Assembly: GCA_965209155.1 (NCBI GenBank)
Contig: OZ242383.1
Coordinates: 4,032,001 to 4,096,000, forward strand
Length of the DNA stretch: 64,000 nt
Source: a bacterium
Lineage (GTDB): Bacteria > SAR324 > NAC60-12
Reading direction: 5' to 3'
Shown: one piece after another, positions 1-9,237 of the stretch
Layout: every line of letters starts with the position of its first letter
Numbering within the stretch: position 1 is the stretch's first letter
The notes under the pieces: model-generated
Seen by the model: the letters and a program-made list of their open reading frames with translations, nothing else
Database searches by the model: none
What the model was told of the DNA's origin: nothing
Made by a program: the position numbers and the translations under genes

Positions 1-231
1 ACTTATGCAGGTTCCAATGCAATGGCTATCGCCCAAGAGCGTTACGGTGTCACTTACATGCAAGGAGATTATGCCCGAATTGCCGAAGGGATGGGGGCAG
101 TGGGAATTCGAGTTTCTCAACCCTCCGAAATGGCTCCGGCCTTGAAAGAAGCCCAGCGTTTAAACAAAGAAGGTCAGACGGTTTTGATTGATGTGCAGGC
201 AAATGTCGAGGGGAGGCGCTCGATTTTCTGA
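1..231 (+). CDS. Thiamine-pyrophosphate-dependent enzyme (acetolactate synthase-like), C-terminal part; gene starts before the window
   Basis: Frame is open from base 1; DYARIAEGMGAVGIRV...ALKEA...TVLIDV is the typical TPP-enzyme C-terminus. Confidence 0.75.
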   Translation, partial: TYAGSNAMAIAQERYGVTYMQGDYARIAEGMGAVGIRVSQPSEMAPALKEAQRLNKEGQTVLIDVQANVEGRRSIF

Positions 232-282
232 GTTAAGGGGCATTTTTGAGGGTTTGCCGGATCATTACGACCCGCCCCCGGA

Positions 283-411
283 GCCTCTTATAATCTGCTA
301 AGCTACAAATCATTGAGAAAATCCTTTGACGATTGGGCCCTGAAAGAATTGAGCGGGCATTATGTGAATTATCGCAAACAGATCAGTCCTTCATTTCCGA
401 TTTGCACGTAA
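283..411 (+). pseudogene. Internal fragment of an Rpn-like/PD-(D/E)xK-like hypothetical protein, same family as the fragment at 10790-11221
   Basis: Manual translation ASYNLLSYKSLRKSFDDWALKELSGHYVNYRKQISPSF with no start codon; family recognised from memory. Confidence 0.5.
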
Positions 412-441
412 CAGGAACCTCGTAAGGGATGTATCATCTCT

Positions 442-506
442 TGTCTGACCGGCAAAGCCTATCAGGTTCGCACCAGCAGAGTTGATGGATTAATGAGATT
501 AATTAA
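442..506. repeat. 65-bp dispersed repeat (second copy 37734-37798); orphan IS200/IS605-like end
   Basis: TGTCTGACCGGCAAAGCCTATCAGGTTCGCACCAGCAGAGTTGATGGATTAATGAGATTAATTAA matches 37734-37798 with few mismatches; the hairpin is degenerate in this copy. Confidence 0.7.
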
Positions 507-750
507 TTTGCGGAAGCGGGAGTGTTTTCCTGCCTATCATTGAAATGACTGACTTTCAATGGGTCACACGGAGAACAGTACGTTACTCTGGGGGCCAAAT
601 CGATTTCTCTTTTATCTTTTTTTACAATTAAATCATCATTTAAAAAGAATAAAATGTATTTTTCTTGACAAGCGAACTGTAAAGAATTTCGGCAGATAGA
701 AAGCGATTTTTAAAATTCAAAGCGATCAAATTTCATCGTTTTCCAGACAA

Positions 751-789
751 TTGCAGGAAAGGAAGAACAGTGATAAACTGCAAGCAGTT
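751..789 (+). promoter_or_regulatory. Sigma70-type promoter with overlapping palindrome, upstream of coiled-coil gene copy 1
   Basis: TTGCAG(751-756)-17 bp-TAAACT(774-779) with extended TG; AACTGC-aa-GCAGTT at 776-789; conserved at 6268-6296 and 10226-10254. Confidence 0.55.
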
Positions 790-816
790 ATTCCAGTTTG
801 AGGCAAAAAGAAGGTC

Positions 817-1437
817 ATGAGAAGATTGTGGATCATTTGGTTGATGGGAGGAATAAGCTTGTTGCTAAGCCAAGTCGCGGTATATGGGCAACAAACGCTC
901 GGATTTACCCAGGAAGATCGAGAGCGTATCATTCGGCTGGAAACCACCTTAACGCTCTTTATGGAAGCCACCGATCAACGCTTTGAACAAGTGGACAACC
1001 GCTTTGAACAAGTGGATAAGCGCATTGTCGAATTACGGGAAGACATGAACAAGCGCTTTGAACAAGTGGATAAGCGCTTTGTTGAATTACGGGAAGACAT
1101 GAACAAGCGCTTTGAACAAGTGGATAAGCGCTTTGAACAGATGATGAATACCTTACAGCTGATTGCCGGAATTTTTACCGTCCTGACTCTGGGTGTCATC
1201 GGATTTGCCTATTGGGACCGACGCACTGTTATTCGCAAAGCAAAACAAGAAACCCTGGAAACGCTGGAGCGGGACGCCGTTCCTAAAGAAGAAGCAATTA
1301 TCGACCGGGCTGTAGCACAAGCGGTGCAAGAGATCAAAAAAGACAATCGTCTGCAAGACTTGATTGCTGCTTTACGCAAATTGGCTGCCACCGACCCACC
1401 TTTGGCAAACGTTCTCAAAGAATTTCATTTATTGTAG
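817..1437 (+). CDS. Membrane-anchored coiled-coil repeat protein, copy 1 (206 aa; DUF1640/CCDC90-like architecture)
   Basis: N-terminal hydrophobic signal/TM, RFEQVDK and R(I/F)VELREDMNK repeats, TM segment LIAGIFTVLTLGVIGFAYW; two close paralogues in the window. Confidence 0.85.
   Translation: MRRLWIIWLMGGISLLLSQVAVYGQQTLGFTQEDRERIIRLETTLTLFMEATDQRFEQVDNRFEQVDKRIVELREDMNKRFEQVDKRFVELREDMNKRFEQVDKRFEQMMNTLQLIAGIFTVLTLGVIGFAYWDRRTVIRKAKQETLETLERDAVPKEEAIIDRAVAQAVQEIKKDNRLQDLIAALRKLAATDPPLANVLKEFHLL
973..1140 (+). repeat. In-frame tandem repeats of 21-nt and 33-nt units within the coiled-coil gene
   Basis: Repeated CGCTTTGAACAAGTGGATAAG and GAATTACGGGAAGACATGAACAAG. Confidence 0.9.
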
Positions 1438-1440
1438 CTT

Positions 1441-1570
1441 CCATCTCGCTCCTCAAACAGTATTCCACCGGTGAAGTCCTCAAATGTTGTTTTGAGATTC
1501 TGCCTCATTCCATGTTTGGAGCGAGGAATGCTTGTAGCGCTCCGCACTCCTGATTCTTTCCAAACTTTCG
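1441..1570. repeat. Downstream segment duplicated after coiled-coil copy 2 (about 6881-7010)
   Basis: CTCCTCAAACAGTATTCCACCGGTGAAGTCC...CTGATTCTTTCCAAACTTTCG occurs in both places; the copies diverge right after. Confidence 0.85.
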
Positions 1571-1636
1571 AGCTTGACCCCGAAACACTTGGACCAGGCG
1601 GTGCGGCTATAGTCCTGCCTTAAGACTTCCAGCATA
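1571..1636 (-). pseudogene. Short fragment of a DppB-type ABC permease
   Basis: Translates MLEVLRQDYSRTAWSKCFGVKL; compare MLEVLRQDYVRTAWAKGLKE in 3112-4083. Confidence 0.7.
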
Positions 1637-1726
1637 AAGTTGTCCGGTAATCGTTTTACGATCTTCTCCTTAACTCTATGAAGATATTTTTCAAAGGATT
1701 CCTTAGAACACCTCTCCGAGGCTCCC

Positions 1727-1982
1727 TTAAATCGTCCAATTTTCAAATTTAACTGGGATTCCAGTTGTTGAAGTTCGATAAAAATACTATCTGCAATAAC
1801 AAGACTACTAGATTCTACAATGGCCGAACTAGCGAGTATCAGATCAAAATGGTCAAAACCGAAACAAAAACTTGATCCGCTTCATCATCTAAGCTTTCCA
1901 ATCTGGATTTGATAGAGCAATGCCCTACTGCCTGAGAATCGTAAAGCATGAAGATAGTATTGGAATCCAGTAAATACTTCAT
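1727..1982 (-). pseudogene. Degraded PIN-domain (VapC-like) toxin with internal deletion and frameshifts
   Basis: MKYLLDSNTIF...DQVFVSVLTI, then in another frame DLILASSAIVESSSLVIADS; both PIN end motifs present, middle missing; 3' end approximate. Confidence 0.65.
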
Positions 1983-2126
1983 TGAAATTATTGATCATGA
2001 CTCCTTTTCGATCCTGATCAACAAAGCCTATCTTTCCAATGTGTTTTTTCAGGGGGAGCAGACTTGGAACTATTCCAAAATCACTTCCAATGATGCGGAT
2101 CTATTCTGGAAGCTGCTTTTATGCGC

Positions 2127-3119
2127 TTACCATTTGAATGGATTGATCAGTCGGGCCAGGAGGCCTCGTTTGCGTTTCTGCTTTGTGGCGCTATAACTTC
2201 CCTGAGCACCCCGCAGCCTCGGGTCGAGCAGATCCCGCATGGCATCACCGAACAGGTTGAGACTGTAGACGGTCACGGTCAGGCACAGACCGGGCCAGAG
2301 CGCCAGTCGCGGCGCAATTTCCATGTACTGGCGGCCCTCGCGACTCAGCATGCCGCCCCAGCTCGGGACGTTCGCCGGCAGGCCGAAGCCCAGGAAGCTC
2401 AGCGAAGCCTCGGCTATGATGACGCCACCGACGTTGATACTGAAGATGACGATGAGCGGTGCAGCGATATTGGGCAGCACATGGCGGAAGAAGATCCGGC
2501 TCTTGCGGGCTCCCAGCGCCTTGGCGGCCTGGAAGTAGTCGTTTTCCTTGATGCCGATCACCGCGCCGCGTACCACCCGTGAGGCGGGGATACCACCGGT
2601 GATGCCAAGCACCAGGATGATCTGCAACACACCACGGCCGGTGATCGACATGATGGTGAGCAACAGGAGTAATCCGGGAAAGGACATCCACGCATCGACG
2701 AACCGCTGCGCGTAAATGTCCACCCGCCCGCCGATGAAGCCGGTCGTGCCACCGACGAGCAGGGCGACGATGACGTTCAACACCGTCGCCGCCAGCCCGA
2801 CCGTGATCGAGAGGCGAGCACCGATGATGAGGCGGCTCAAAAAGTCGCGGCCAACGTGGTCGGTGCCGAGCAGGTGCTCGACCGACGGTCCCTTCATTCG
2901 GTCTTGCACCCGTCCTCGGTCGAATTCGTAGGGCGCCAGCTGGTTGGCAAAGATGGTGATGAATACCAACGCCAGGACGATCAGGCCGCCAACGGCTCCA
3001 AGCGGTTGCTCCTTCAGGAGCCGGCGGAAGAAGCTTGCAACGGATCGGCGGTGTTCGGCTGCGGATGCTCCCGATACGCCCTCCGTGCTGCCAGGGTCGA
3101 CTGGTAGTGGCTCAGTCAT
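2127..3119 (-). CDS. Peptide/nickel ABC transporter permease (DppC/OppC family)
   Basis: HLLGTDHVGRD, HVLPN, EASLSFLGFG...PSWG, NLFGDAMRDLLDPR motifs. Confidence 0.95.
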   Translation of the reverse strand: MTEPLPVDPGSTEGVSGASAAEHRRSVASFFRRLLKEQPLGAVGGLIVLALVFITIFANQLAPYEFDRGRVQDRMKGPSVEHLLGTDHVGRDFLSRLIIGARLSITVGLAATVLNVIVALLVGGTTGFIGGRVDIYAQRFVDAWMSFPGLLLLLTIMSITGRGVLQIILVLGITGGIPASRVVRGAVIGIKENDYFQAAKALGARKSRIFFRHVLPNIAAPLIVIFSINVGGVIIAEASLSFLGFGLPANVPSWGGMLSREGRQYMEIAPRLALWPGLCLTVTVYSLNLFGDAMRDLLDPRLRGAQGSYSATKQKRKRGLLARLINPFKW

Positions 3120-4083
3120 AGCGAATCCTCGGATCGAGGAAGGCGTATGTCAGGTCGGTGATCAGGTTGATCACCACCACGACCGAGGCGAAGAGCAGGT
3201 TGATGCCGGAAACCACGGGGTAGTCGCGCTCGTTGAGGGCGCTCAACATGAGGCGGCCGAGCCCCGGCAAATTGAAGATGTTCTCGATGATGACCGAGCC
3301 ACCGGCGATGATGGGGATCTGCAAGGCGATGAGTGACACCACCGGGATGAGTGCGTTCTTCACCGCATGGCGCAGCACCACCCTGCGCTCCTTAAGGCCC
3401 TTGGCCCAGGCGGTCCTCACGTAGTCCTGGCGCAGCACCTCCAACATCATCGTGCGTGTCATGCGCATGGTGCTCGCTGCCAGATAGGTCCCCAGGATCA
3501 GAGCGGGGATGATGAGTATACTCAGATTGGCCCAGGGGTCTTCGGTGAATCCGACGTAGGTCAGCGGCGGTGTCCAGCCCCACCAGATGGCCGGGTAGAT
3601 CATCACCATCAGTCCCAGCCAGAAGTTGGGAGTCGCCAGGCCGAAGATGGCGACCATCCGGCCGGCGTAGTCGGCCACCGTGTACTGGCGAATCGCCGAG
3701 TAGATTCCGATCGGCACGGCGATGATGACCCCGGTAAGGATCGCCAGCAGCCCCAACTCGACCGTGACCCCGACCCTGCCGGCGAGTTTCTCCTCCACCG
3801 TGGCGCTGCCCAGGGAGGAGGCGTACAGCGAGCGGCCGAGGGTGCCACGCAGGACGATGTCGCCGATCCACTTCGCGTATTGCGCGTAGACGGGTTTATC
3901 GAGTCCGAGTCGTCTCTTCAGAGCCTCTTCATTGATCGTGCCGCTCTGGGTTGCGGTCATTCGGGCTGTCATCACATCAATGATGTCGCCGGGAATGAAG
4001 CGAACCGAGAGAAACACCAGGACGGTGACGATGAACAGGGTCGGGATCACCAGCAGTATCCGCCTGATCACATACGCCCGCAT
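3112..4083 (-). CDS. Peptide/nickel ABC transporter permease (DppB/OppB family)
   Basis: MRAYVIRR...PGD, LGLDKP, QDYVRTAWAKGL, IENIFNLPGLG, DPRIRY motifs. Confidence 0.95.
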   Translation of the reverse strand: MRAYVIRRILLVIPTLFIVTVLVFLSVRFIPGDIIDVMTARMTATQSGTINEEALKRRLGLDKPVYAQYAKWIGDIVLRGTLGRSLYASSLGSATVEEKLAGRVGVTVELGLLAILTGVIIAVPIGIYSAIRQYTVADYAGRMVAIFGLATPNFWLGLMVMIYPAIWWGWTPPLTYVGFTEDPWANLSILIIPALILGTYLAASTMRMTRTMMLEVLRQDYVRTAWAKGLKERRVVLRHAVKNALIPVVSLIALQIPIIAGGSVIIENIFNLPGLGRLMLSALNERDYPVVSGINLLFASVVVVINLITDLTYAFLDPRIRYD

Positions 4084-4099
4084 CTCAGCTCACCTTGCA

Positions 4100-5893
4100 T
4101 CAGAACCCCATTTCCGCTTTCAGGTCCCGGTCGAGCCAGAGCCGGGCAAGAACCTCGTGATAGTTTTCTGGGTGCACGAACGTCTCGCCGTTCCAACCCT
4201 TGACCCATGGATTCGCCACCTGGAAACCGGGCGACTTGCCGGTCCAAACCTGAAAATGCTGCGAAATGAGGTACTGGTCGAACTCCTTGGCAATTCGTAT
4301 CAGCTCCGCCTCGCTGGTCGCTGTTTGGAACTCGTTATAGAGTCGAATCAGCGTGGCGTTGGGAATCCCACCGAACCACTCGTTCCAACCGTGCGGCTCG
4401 GTGTCCGGTCCAAGAGAACGGGCGAAACCTATGATGTGTTCAGGGGCTGCATCGAAGCCCAAATCGCCGGTGGTCATCTCGTAGAGTCCTTCCCCTTTAC
4501 GATTCCACCAGGTGCTGCTGTCGTGGATGTTGATCTCCACCTCCACGCCGATCTCTTTGAAGTAGCCGGCCGCGATCTCGGCGAGGCCTAGGTCGATGAC
4601 GTCGCGGTGGTCGTAGGTGGCCCTGAAGCGCACGCCGTCCGCGCCGCGTGGGTAGCCGGCCTCGTCGAGCAATTGCGCCGCCTTCTCCGGGTCGTAGCGG
4701 TATTGGTCCTGGAGCTCCTTTGGCCACTCGTCGAATGGAAGAAAATAGGGTCCGGTCGCGTTGCCAAACATGCCCTGGGGCTTCCACAGCGCGTACCCGC
4801 CATAGTAGCTCTCGTTAACCGCCTCGCGGTCGATCGCCATCTGCATTGCCTGGCGGACGCGGATGTCGTCGAACGGCGGCCTACGGGTGTTCAGGCCGAT
4901 TTGCCCGAGCGCCCGGAGGAAGAAGGGGCCCACCTGGGTGTCGGGGTTGGTGCGCAGCACCGACTCTACCACCTCGAAGGTCTTGATCTCGACGCCGCCG
5001 CCGGCAACGTGGATCATGTCGACCTGGCCGGTGCGAAACGCGGCGAGGCGTGTCGCCTCCTCCGGCATGAACAGACCCACCAGCTCGTCGACGTAGGGCA
5101 GCCGGTTCTCCGGATACTTCTCGTCGAAGTCGTGGTAGTCGGGATTGCGCGTCCTGGTCATCGAGACGCCCTCGACGTAGTCAGTGAGCATGAACGGCCC
5201 GGTGCCGACCACGTTTCGCCAGTCGCTGTAGTCACCGTGCTGCTCGATGACCTCGGGTGGCAGAATCCAACTGTTGGACTGGCCGAGGATCGCCCGGGCC
5301 AGGCCGGTGCGCGGCTCGGTCAGCTTGAACTCGACCGTGTATCGGTCAAGGGCTTCGATGGATTCCCACGGATAACCCTCAACCTCGCCGGCGACTATGG
5401 GCTCGAAGTCGAGCAGGCCGGCAATGCGGCGGTAGGTAAAGGCAACGTCTTCGGCGGTGAGCTCGCGCCCGTTGACCGGCGGCTTGTCGTGCCAGCGGAT
5501 GTCCGGTTTGATCTTGACGATCAGCGTTCGGTCGTCCGGCTGTTCCCAGCTCTCGGCCAAGTGGCCCTTGAAGCGCGAGAACGGCACATACCACCCGGTA
5601 AAGCTCACCTCGTCCCGGGGAGCACCCCAGTCTCCCTTCGCAAGCTTCTCGTTGACCGCGTAGATCTGATAGCCGGCGTAGTGTCCAGTGATATGCGGGT
5701 CGGTGGTCTCCCCGTACAGCTTGTACGGGTAGGTCAGTGTCCCGCCGTATTCAGGTGCGGTGACCATCTTACCGGTCGTCGGGTCTTTGACCATGTCCGA
5801 GGCAGCGAAGGTCATAGTCGTGAAACCAAGTAAAATCATGCTGAGTAGGGCCAGCATGGCACGCCCTTTTGAGTTTCGATGATGATTTATCAT
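4100..5893 (-). CDS. ABC transporter substrate-binding protein, family 5
   Basis: YGGTLT, LAESWEQPD, VGTGPF, PFDDIRVRQAMQMAIDR, LLDEAGY; start placed at ATG 5893 (AAAGGA RBS, signal peptide MINHHR...TFAA); ORF track extends to 5962. Confidence 0.93.
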   Translation of the reverse strand: MINHHRNSKGRAMLALLSMILLGFTTMTFAASDMVKDPTTGKMVTAPEYGGTLTYPYKLYGETTDPHITGHYAGYQIYAVNEKLAKGDWGAPRDEVSFTGWYVPFSRFKGHLAESWEQPDDRTLIVKIKPDIRWHDKPPVNGRELTAEDVAFTYRRIAGLLDFEPIVAGEVEGYPWESIEALDRYTVEFKLTEPRTGLARAILGQSNSWILPPEVIEQHGDYSDWRNVVGTGPFMLTDYVEGVSMTRTRNPDYHDFDEKYPENRLPYVDELVGLFMPEEATRLAAFRTGQVDMIHVAGGGVEIKTFEVVESVLRTNPDTQVGPFFLRALGQIGLNTRRPPFDDIRVRQAMQMAIDREAVNESYYGGYALWKPQGMFGNATGPYFLPFDEWPKELQDQYRYDPEKAAQLLDEAGYPRGADGVRFRATYDHRDVIDLGLAEIAAGYFKEIGVEVEINIHDSSTWWNRKGEGLYEMTTGDLGFDAAPEHIIGFARSLGPDTEPHGWNEWFGGIPNATLIRLYNEFQTATSEAELIRIAKEFDQYLISQHFQVWTGKSPGFQVANPWVKGWNGETFVHPENYHEVLARLWLDRDLKAEMGF

Positions 5894-6332
5894 AGCAATC
5901 CTTTCTTTCATTTGAGAGTAACTATTCAGGTCTTTTCCACATTTGCATTTAGTCTTTGTCATCTTTTCTCCTTATTTGACAAAGGTGATCCCTTGAAACA
6001 AGGGCTTTTGCGTGTACAGGAAACCGCTTGGATTTGCGGCCCTGTTTCACCCTCCATTGGGTGAAAGAAAGTGCAGTCTACCCCCCCTCCCGAACATGTC
6101 AAGCAATAAATGCAAAAAAAATGTAGGGCAACCTTTAAAATACAGCGGTTTGCCCGTTTGAACATCTTGCCGGATGCGAAGAAAGATCAAACTCCACCAA
6201 TCATTTCGGCAGATAAAAACGATTTTTTAAAATTCAAAGCGATCAAATTTCATCGTTTTCCAGACAATTGCAGGAAAGGAAGAACAGTGATAAACTGCAA
6301 GCAGTTATTCCCGTTTGAGGAAAAAGGAGGTT

Positions 6333-6878
6333 ATGAGAAGATATTGGATCATTTGGTTGATGGGAGGAGTGAGCTGGTTGCTGAGTCATGTGGCGGTATA
6401 CGGGCAAGAATCGTTCGGATTTACCCAGGAAGATCGAGAGCGCATTATTCGGCTGGAAACGACCTTAACGCTTTTTATGGAAGTCACAGATCAACGCTTT
6501 GAACAAATGGATAAGCGTATTGTCGAATTACGGGAAGACATGAACAAGCGCTTTGAACAGGTAGATAAGCGCTTTGAACAGATGATGAATACCTTGCAAC
6601 TGATTGCCGGCATTTTTACCGTCCTGACTCTGGGTGTCATCGGATTTGCTTTTTGGGATCGACGTACTATTATTCACAAAGCAAAACAAGAGACCCTGGA
6701 AACGCTGGAGCGGGACGCCGCTCCTAAAGAAGAAGCGATTATCGACCAGGCAGTAGCACAAGCGGTGCAAGAGATCAAAAAAGACAATCGTCTGCAAGAC
6801 TTGATCGCTGCCTTACGCAAATTGGCTGCCACCGACCCACCTCTGGCAAACGTGCTCAAAGAATTTCATATATTGTAG
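6333..6878 (+). CDS. Membrane-anchored coiled-coil repeat protein, copy 2 (181 aa)
   Basis: Paralogue of 817-1437 with 25 aa fewer repeat residues; AGGAGG RBS before ATG 6333. Confidence 0.85.
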   Translation: MRRYWIIWLMGGVSWLLSHVAVYGQESFGFTQEDRERIIRLETTLTLFMEVTDQRFEQMDKRIVELREDMNKRFEQVDKRFEQMMNTLQLIAGIFTVLTLGVIGFAFWDRRTIIHKAKQETLETLERDAAPKEEAIIDQAVAQAVQEIKKDNRLQDLIAALRKLAATDPPLANVLKEFHIL

Positions 6879-7044
6879 TTTCCATCATGCTCCTCAAACA
6901 GTATTCCACCGGTGAAGTCCTCAAATGTTGTTTTGAGATTCTGCTTCATTTTATGATTGGAGAGAAGAATGCTGGTAGCGCTCCGCACTCCTGATTCTTT
7001 CCAAACTTTCGGTCACCGTAAAGAACTGACTTATAGTGGTTTTG

Positions 7045-7175
7045 AGCCACCTTTCGTCATTCCTCCGGCACAGATCCGGACGTGCGCTACTAACGCATCC
7101 GGCTCCTGCCTCGAGTCAGACGCTCAAACGTTGATTCGGATACGGGTGAGTTGTCCTTACCGAAGGAATGTGTAG
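7045..7175 (-). mobile_element. Group II intron 3' remnant (end of RT/maturase ORF plus domain V)
   Basis: Minus strand reads ...HIPSVRTTHPYPNQRLSV*, then GAGCCGGATGCGTTAGTAGCGCACGTCCGGATCT (7105-7072), a canonical domain V hairpin. Confidence 0.8.
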
Positions 7176-7211
7176 AAGGTTTATTAGCGAAAATCCCGGA
7201 TTGGATCGAGA

Positions 7212-7622
7212 GAAGCCAAAGGGATTTATCAGGTCCGTTTATCATTTTTGACGATCATCCTGTTGGTTCCCAATGAAATGGAAGATAAAGAAACCAACGA
7301 TGTATTTGAACTGTTTGCCAGTCAAAAGAACTACTATCTTCGTTCAATCCAGCGAATGATCGGCAATCCCTTTTGGCAATCTTTCAGAGGGATCGTTCAT
7401 ATTTTTACACAACGCTTAGGAAAGGAATTGAGTATGGCGGGTTTAACTCTAGAACAATTAGAAGGAAGGACGGTGCTGGCCTTTATGGAACAGGCCACTG
7501 CTGAAGAATTCGCGAAAGTCGTAGAAAAAATACAGAATAAAATTGACGTTTTGGAAAAGGTGGTGAATCAAATGAGTCGCGAAGAAAGAGCACTTTTATT
7601 GCGAAAACTGCAATCGGACTAA
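7212..7622 (+). pseudogene. C-terminal part of an Rpn-like hypothetical protein; possible small ORF from ATG 7434
   Basis: EAKGIYQVRLSFLTIILLVPNEM...ELFAS resembles the G(V/I)Y...IVL.E...LFS pattern of 10790-11221; no N-terminus; GGAAAGGA precedes ATG 7434. Confidence 0.45.
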
Positions 7623-7853
7623 TATGATTTTGACAGACGGATCCCATCTCATGGCGCTTACCCCCATTGAAGATCATATAAAGCAAGGTTGGACGTGGTT
7701 TCAGGACAGGGAAAGCAGAAGACAGGGAACCACCACAGAAGTCCCCCATCACAGAGGTCATTATGTTAAAAAAAATGGCGGGTGTTATGAAGGCACCGCC
7801 CGCTAGCCTTGAGGAAAAGTGAGTTTGAATGACCCCCATATTGGATCACACGA

Positions 7854-7882
7854 TTGCATGAAAGGAAAAACAGTGGTAAATT
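7854..7882 (+). promoter_or_regulatory. Fourth, diverged copy of the coiled-coil gene promoter, upstream of the TA pair
   Basis: TTGCAT-GAAAGGAAAAACAGTGG-TAAATT versus TTGCAG-GAAAGGAAGAACAGTG(A/G)-TAAACT. Confidence 0.5.
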
Positions 7883-8036
7883 AAGCTGTTATTTCAAATT
7901 TCCCATAAAGAGATTAACCATCGGACTCACTGAATAAGGATGGGTCTCAGTTGGGATGTGTATGGACCACCCACTGAAAAATTCCTCTTCTCTTCCCAAT
8001 AATTAAGGCTCAATGAACCTTAGAAAAAAAGGCAGC

Positions 8037-8282
8037 ATGAACACAGCAGCAACCCAGAAAGTAGAACTCCATCAAGCAATCAATCGCATCCCCGAGAATA
8101 AGCTGGAAGCCGCAAAAATATACTTGCATTCGCTGGCCCAAGAAGGGGCAAGCAACGAAGCTAAAAAAGGGAGCTTAGAAGGGATATGGGAAGGGACAGG
8201 ACTTGAAAACCTCGACTTTGAAACTGAATTGAAAAAACTGAGAACAGAAATGAGTGAGGCGATCTTATCCAGGAAATTTTAA
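8037..8282 (+). CDS. Putative antitoxin (VapB-like)
   Basis: Small ORF overlapping the PIN toxin start (TAATG); SLEGIWEG...ELKKLR tail typical of PIN-associated antitoxins; alternative start 8013. Confidence 0.7.
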   Translation: MNTAATQKVELHQAINRIPENKLEAAKIYLHSLAQEGASNEAKKGSLEGIWEGTGLENLDFETELKKLRTEMSEAILSRKF

Positions 8283-8665
8283 TGAAATACCTTGTAGATA
8301 CCGTTGCCCTAAATCGTCATTTCACGAGAAATAATAGTATCGGGAAACAAGCCCGTGAGATCCTTTCCAATCCTGACGAAAACGTGTTTTATATCTCCAT
8401 TGTGAGCCTCATGGAGATTTTGTATTTATCAGAAAAAAACAGGATAGATATTTCATTGAAAGAAACACTAAGACGAATCAATGCCAAAGAAAGCTATCAG
8501 ATTGTCGAACTTGATGCAGAAATTCTCCAAGTAGCTGAAACTGTCCCATTTCCTGAGCTTCATGACCGATTAATACTTGCGACGGCAAAATGGCTTGAGG
8601 TTCCCATCATATCAAGTGATAAGGATTTCCAAAATGATGAAGGCATCACGACCATTTGGAAATAA
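8282..8665 (+). CDS. vapC: PIN-domain ribonuclease toxin (VapC family)
   Basis: MKYLVDT, ISIVSLMEI, HDRLILATA, IISSD motifs; 127 aa. Confidence 0.92.
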   Translation: MKYLVDTVALNRHFTRNNSIGKQAREILSNPDENVFYISIVSLMEILYLSEKNRIDISLKETLRRINAKESYQIVELDAEILQVAETVPFPELHDRLILATAKWLEVPIISSDKDFQNDEGITTIWK

Positions 8666-8860
8666 TCCATCTTATCTTGTTTTGCTCTCCAATGTTCTCA
8701 TTTCAAGTACCCTTCCCACGAACAAGAAAGGCAACGATTTTCCCAGGAGAGCCTTTCGTAGCACGGAAGTCAGAAGACGGGGGACCACCGCAGTATTCCC
8801 TTATCCTGGAGGTAAAGCAGTGGAAACTCTGGAATTGTGAGAACAACCCCTTTTGCGTGC

Positions 8861-9139
8861 TTACCATTTGAAAGGGTGGATCAGCCGGGCCTGGAAGCCT
8901 CGTTTGCGTTTCCTCTTCGCGGTGCCGCAACTGCCCTCACCACCCCGCAGCCGGGGATCGAGCAGGCCCCTCATCGCGTCGCCAAACATGTTGAGGGAGT
9001 AGACGACATTTGTCAGGCAAAGCCCCGGCCAGAGCGACAGCCAGGGGGTCATCTCCATGTACTTACGTCCTTCCCGGCTGAGCAGACCACCCCAGCTGGG
9101 AACATTGGGGGGCAGACCGAAGCCGAGAAAGCTCAGCAA
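8861..9139 (-). pseudogene. 3' fragment of a DppC-type permease
   Basis: LSFLGFGLPPNVPSWGG...HPFKW is closely similar to the last 90 aa of 2127-3119; N-terminal two-thirds absent. Confidence 0.85.
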
Positions 9140-9178
9140 AGCACTCCGCCGCCGTACGTCGTTCGGCTGCCAAGAAAA

Positions 9179-9209
9179 ACCCTCCCGTCCGCGATGCGGA
9201 TGGGAGGGT
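9179..9209 (-). terminator. GC-rich hairpin downstream of the SBP fragment
   Basis: ACCCTCCCGTCCGC-gat-GCGGATGGGAGGGT followed by a T run on the minus strand. Confidence 0.55.
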
Positions 9210-9237
9210 CCGAAAACGGTTAGCTGTTTCTTGGCTA

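Noticed and set aside
973..1140. CRISPR-like array
   Set aside because: Repeats are in-frame coding units with no unique spacers, and there are no cas genes
3367..5833. Long plus-strand ORFs (278, 219 and 408 aa)
   Set aside because: Antisense shadows of GC-rich dppB and SBP genes, with no recognisable motifs
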